NCBI GenBank assembly: GCA_051294375.1
Contig: JBJCIZ010001278.1
Coordinates: forward strand, 1-11,735
Reading direction: 5' to 3'
Length of the DNA stretch: 11,735 nucleotides
Origin: Paraspadella gotoi
Taxonomy: Eukaryota > Animalia > Chaetognatha
Positions within the stretch are counted from its first letter, which is position 1; every line of letters begins with the position of its first letter. Position numbers and translations under genes: made by a program. The notes under the pieces are model-generated. The model saw only the letters and a program-made list of their open reading frames with translations. It did no database searches and was not told the origin of the DNA. This document shows positions 7,901-11,735 of this stretch, one piece after another.

Positions 7901-10073
7901 GCCTTTCTCCTCTCTTCTTTTTTCCTTTAATGTGTTAGAGCTATCTCTCACTCTCATTAACAGAAAGAATTAAAAAAACGTTAGAAATAATTATACACAG
8001 TTATAAAGAAAGACAGGGAAACTTTTTTCTCTGTAAAAAGAATATGGAAACTTTAAAACAAAAACAGAAAAAACGATTTTTTTTTAAAAATGGTAATAAA
8101 AAGAAATTTAAAAACTTGAGAAAGGAAGAAAGAAAGGCGAACGACGGTTTTTTTCCATTGTTTTAAAAAGAGTTAAAAAACACCCCCGATTAAAAACGGG
8201 CTTTTCTTAAAGTAAAAAAGTGATTAAAAAAAACGTTTTTAAATTGTTCGTAAACAGGGGGCGGCAGCGTGGAACGATTTACTCTCTCACAAAAGAGATA
8301 AACAACTTTAAAAAAAAACAAAAATAAAAAAAACGCTTTTTTCAATTAAAAAGAATAAAAAACAAAATCTACAAACCCCACAACCGGGGAAAACGGATAT
8401 TTTTAAAGAAAAAAAGAAATTAAAAAAACGTTAAAATACTTCTGCAAAAAATTAACATAATTTCGAGGGTTGTTAAAATTTTTTGGGTTGAGGGAATTCC
8501 CAGTTTATTAAATATTTCTTTTATTCAAAAACAAAAAAACAAATTTTTCCTCTTCTTTTATTTTATGGTCTCCTTCCTCTCTCTCTGTTTCTCTTTAAAT
8601 TTTAATTGTAGGGCTTCTTTCTTCTCAATATAGATTAAAAAAAAGAAACGTCTTTTAGATAACACCAGGAAAAAAACGTAAACTTTTTCATTGTAAAAAA
8701 AAAAAATATGAAAAATTTTAAAAAATTAACAAAGGGAAAAAACAGGTTGCCAAGTGTAAAAAAGAAGGAAACTCAAAAAAAAAAACTTTTAAAAAAAAAC
8801 TAAACGCAAACACGTCTGTTTGTTTCCAATTGTACAAAAAAAAGAGAGTTAACGGTAAAGAGAACCCACCGATTTAAACACGGGGCTGTGTTATCTGAGA
8901 ATATAAGGTTAGAAAAAAGCAGTAATAAAATGTTAAAAAAATGTGACACCGGCAGGAACCGGATAATTTTCCAAAAGGATGAGAGAGATAGAACAAACTT
9001 TAAAACAAAAGAGAAGAAACGGCTTTCCAATAGTTAAAAAGGAGATAAAAAAAAATTATCTAAAAAACGATATTTTTCAAGAGGGAAAAAGAAAGGGAAA
9101 TTTGTGGAGAGAAAGAACGTTAGAAAAATACGTGCGTGTGACCAAAAATAAACCAATTTTCATCGAGGTTGGTTAAAAATTGAAAGTGGGATTGTGGACA
9201 GTGTATTTAAAATATCTTATACATAAAAAAAACAATAACATTTTCCTTCTTTTTTTTATGTCTCCTATCCTTACTCTTCTTTTCATTTTTCTCTTAACCT
9301 AAATTTATTATATTTTTGTTAGGGCTTTCCTCTCACTCTTGTGTCTTAAGATTAAAAAACGTTATAAAATTATTAACACGCAAGAAAAAACAACTTTTTA
9401 TCTTCTGTAAAAAGATTATTGAAAAATATATTAAAAATAACAGGGAAAATACGATTTTTTTTCCAAATTATGTTTTTTAAAAAAAAGAAATAAATAGAAA
9501 AACTTTAAAAAAATAAGGGGCAAACAGTTTTTTTCCAAATATAAAAAAAGTAGTATAAAAGAAAACCCAGCCGAGGATTAAAAAACGGGGATACTTGTTC
9601 TAAGAAGTAAAATTGTGATAAGAAACGGGTGTGAAAGTGACCAAAGTCGGGGGCAGGGACGATATATTTCCCAAAAACCCCGGAAATAACAACTTTAAAC
9701 AAAGGGGAGAAACGCTTTTATTTTTCCCAATGTAAAAAATGGACAAGATAAAAAAATTTCTTAAGAGAAAAAGAAACACCGGCGAGAACGATATTTATAT
9801 ATTAAAAGATATCAAAAGAAAATTAAAAAAAAACGTTTAAATTTTACTTCTTTGGGGGCAAATAAATAAACCATTCATTCGAGGTTAGTGTTTTAAATGG
9901 ATGGTGAGGGACAAAGTTTATTAAATATCTTTTTATTTCAAAACAAAACAAATTTCCTTCTCTTGTTAATTTATAATATGTCTCTCGCTCCTTCTTCTTC
10001 TACTTGTAAAAATTTTTTATATGTAGCTTTCTCTTTTCTCACTCTTCAACTCGGTATAAAAAAAAACGTTAAG
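4992..10073 (+). repeat. Higher-order tandem array: ~7.5 units of 598-715 raw bp, each with ~8 subrepeats of ~48 bp plus a ~150 bp spacer
   Basis: Anchor TACTTCTGCAAAATAA(A)CATCATCGAGG; the CATCGAGG-like core lies at ~5139, 5850, 6534, 7191, 7789, ~8461, 9161 and ~9876 (spacings 711, 684, 657, 598, 672, 700, 715). Subrepeat pattern is ATAAAAAC(G/T)TTAAA.ACACC(A/G)GAAAACGA(C/T)TTTTC(C/T)AATGTAAAAGA(A/G). Confidence 0.95.
4992..10073 (+). CDS. Putative tandemly duplicated coding exons encoding ~16-aa repeats (shortened LRR-like motif)
   Basis: Approximate exons: 4992-5166 (partial), 5320-5875, 6061-6562, 6716-7223, 7377-7814, ~7968-8486, 8634-9185, 9351-9903, 10056-10073 (partial). Manual consensus, with homopolymer lengths chosen by me: IKTLNTPENDFSSVKD IETLKITENDFSNVKE IKTLKTAxNVFSNVKE LKTPINDFSKVKV IKTLNTPADDISKE ITTLKTRENAFSNVKE IKFLKTPENDISKEKE IKTLNTSANNIIEVVKIE. 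Differences between subrepeats include synonymous pairs ACG/ACT, GAC/GAT, TCT/TCC/TCA, CCA/CCG and GAA/GAG. Confidence 0.6.
7224..7376 (+). other. Representative putative GT-AG spliceosomal intron of the array (8 copies)
   Basis: Begins GTGAGG (7224; also clean at 9904), contains a long pyrimidine tract (TTTCCTTTCTTCTCTCTTTCTCTTTT) and ends CCTTCTTCAATAG (7376). Homologous segments lie at ~5167-5319, 5876-6060, 6563-6715, 7815-7967, 8487-8633, 9186-9350 and 9904-10055, mostly ~150 raw bp. Confidence 0.55.
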
Positions 10074-10075
10074 AT

Positions 10076-10930
10076 TCTCTATCTGGGGGTGGAGGTTAAT
10101 TCTGGGTGTCTACTTTAAACGGGAAAAAGGCCGAAAAAAAGAAGAAGGCAAAAATGTGGGAAATACTGTATTGTACTACTAAAAGGCAGGAAAAAAAAGG
10201 TGTACAGAAAAAACGGGAGGGAAAAATCGGAAGGAGCGGAGAAGGGAGAAAGTAGAAGAGAGAGAAGGACTAGAGGAAGGAAGGAAAAAAAAAACTGGTT
10301 GGAGCCTCGAGCCCTGGTGCTAGGAGGAGGAAGAGGAGGGTGAGGGAAATGCGTGGATGACCGAGGACACCGAGACTCGCGCTCGGGGCTGGTTTTGGTC
10401 GTTGTGCCCCCCCTCTTGGCCCGAGGGATGGCGTTCGACGGGCCCCGAATGGCCGCGTCGCGACATTCGTGGTGGCTGCGTGTGTGTCGGTGTGTCCTAG
10501 AGTGTGTGTGGTGCGTGCATGGGAAGAAGGGTGGGAAAGAAAAGAAAGGAAGGAAAAAGGGGTACATTTGTCCAATAACTATGGCAAAGCGTGGGGGTGA
10601 GAAAAAAAAAAGAAAAAAAAAAAAACGGTGGCAATGGGAGAGGGGGGAAAAGCAGGGGGGGAAAAGGCATGACGCCGGGGGGAAGGGGTATAGGGGAGGT
10701 AATGCAATCGAATGTGATAAATGCGAGTAAATGTAATATATTTGTTAAACGTATTTGTTAGTGGTGGTATTATGATAGGAAAAAGTGTCGAACTAATCAA
10801 AAAAACGAACGTGACGGATAAAATGTAACAGTATTTTGGGATAAATGGAAGAGAAGAGGGAGGAAAAAAAAGAAGAAAAAGAACTTGAATGTACGCGAAT
10901 AAATGTAGTTTGAATTTGAAGGAATAAATG
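10076..10930. other. Purine-rich low-complexity region containing a GC/CpG-rich island (~10300-10520) with a GT-rich tail
   Basis: Runs of GA/GGA/AAAG flank a GC-rich segment (GACCGAGGACACCGAGACTCGCGCTCGGGGC...GGCCGCGTCGCGAC) followed by GTGTGTGT-type sequence at ~10478-10517. Function unknown. Confidence 0.6.
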
Positions 10931-11735
10931 GAGACAATCAAAAAAAAAAAAGGCTGCTAATTGGGGTAGTAATAGCCAGGGCAATGGAATCATAATGTAA
11001 TTTGCAAGAAGCATGGTGGAATAATATCAAAAAGGCGCAATTGGGAGTAATAGGTACGCCGGATATGGATAATTGTGATATGCTAAGAAGCAATTGGAAT
11101 AATCATATAAAGAGGCGTAATTGGGAGTAATGAGTGTACGGAGATGGATATAATGTAATGCTGATAGAAAGCAATTGAGAATAATCAAAAAGGCGTAATT
11201 GGTAGAGTCAGAGAATAAGTAACGAAGGGATATAATGTATTATCTGCCTAAGAGCAATTGGAATAATCAAATATGCGACATAAATTGGGAGAGTTATATA
11301 GGTACGAATGGACTAATAATGTAATTGCTAAAAGAAGCAATTGCCGAATACATCCAATAGAGGGCGTATTTGGGTGAAGTATAGGTTACGAATGGAAAAA
11401 TGTAATTTTGCTAATCAAAGAGAGCAAATTAGGAATAATCTCAAAAAAAGGACAGTAATTGGGAGTAATAGGTACGAGTATGGGATATATGTAATTTGCT
11501 AAGAGGATTGGAATAATCAAAAGCAATACATGGGGAGATAATGATTAGGTACGATATGGGAGACTCAAAAATGTAATTGCTAAGAGCAATTGTGAATATA
11601 ATTAAAAGGGCAGAGTGCGGTAATTCAGTAATAGGTACGACATGGAAATGAATGTAATGCTAAAGAGCAATTGGAATTAAATTCACAAAAAAAAGGTCAT
11701 CGTAATTGGGGAGTAATAGGTTACTGAATGGTATA
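10930..11735. repeat. Tandem repeat, ~10 noisy copies of a ~70 bp unit, inverted relative to 942-1028; runs off the window end
   Basis: Consensus AATTGGGAGTAATAGGTACGAATGGATATAATGTAATTGCTAAGAGCAATTGGAATAATCAAAAAGGCGT. The ATTGGG..GTAAT anchor recurs at ~10960, 11040, 11120, ~11198, ~11284, ~11368, 11458, ~11530, ~11622 and 11705 (~80 raw bp). Its reverse complement matches 942-1028 (TTAGCAATTACATTATATCCATCCTTACCTATTGCTCCCAATTACGCCTTTTTTTGATTATTCCAATTGCTTCTTAGCAATTACATTA). Confidence 0.93.

Noticed and set aside
4992-10073. Rolling-circle or multi-pass sequencing artefact of a single ~600 bp template
   Set aside because: All units are in the same orientation with no adapter, and there are structured copy-specific differences (a missing subrepeat at ~7500, a shared short deletion at ~5070 and ~9065). 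Disfavoured, but not fully excluded without read data.
5279-10118. Phe-rich minus-strand and Lys-rich plus-strand short ORFs in the supplied track
   Set aside because: They are products of poly-A/T runs and frame-hopping through noisy repeat units, and are not reproduced from unit to unit.
10115-11014. Overlapping ORFs 10115-10567, 10270-10575, 10353-10730, 10579-10941 and 10793-11014
   Set aside because: They are low-complexity translations of purine-rich and GT-rich DNA on both strands with no recognisable domain; no frame could be preferred.
942-11735. Fold-back (missed adapter) chimera explaining the inverted repeats
   Set aside because: Only the ~70 bp repeat is mirrored; the interior is not self-complementary about any centre.
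10930-11735. Right-hand repeat as coding sequence or as a telomeric repeat
   Set aside because: The most open frame hits GCG TAA in each unit if the period is a multiple of 3, and the ~70 bp unit is not a short telomerase-type repeat.

Overview
This window looks like an insertion-rich, poorly polished long-read sequence (inflated homopolymers, frequent frameshifts, noise rising toward the 3' end), so the supplied ORF track is mostly fragments. No gene could be named. Layout: (1) the 3' end of a + strand hypothetical gene (3-549). (2) Seven copies of a 63-72 bp repeat (562-1028). (3) A divergent pair of frameshifted hypothetical genes (- strand ~1123-3866, + strand ~3974-4993) sharing a ~105 bp head-to-head intergenic region. 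(4) A ~5.1 kb A-rich tandem array (4992-10073) of ~7.5 units of 600-715 raw bp. My hand-built consensus of the units reads as a ~125-codon block of eight ~16-aa repeats (IKTLNTPENDFSNVKE-like, resembling a shortened LRR motif, with synonymous third-position variation). Each block is followed by a ~150 bp GT...polypyrimidine...AG segment, which suggests tandemly amplified exon-intron units. (5) A purine-rich stretch with a GC-rich island (10076-10930). (6) About 10 copies of a ~70 bp palindrome-containing repeat (10930-11735), the reverse complement of the innermost left repeat. Overall it looks eukaryotic or eukaryotic-virus/mobile-element derived; that assignment is inference.
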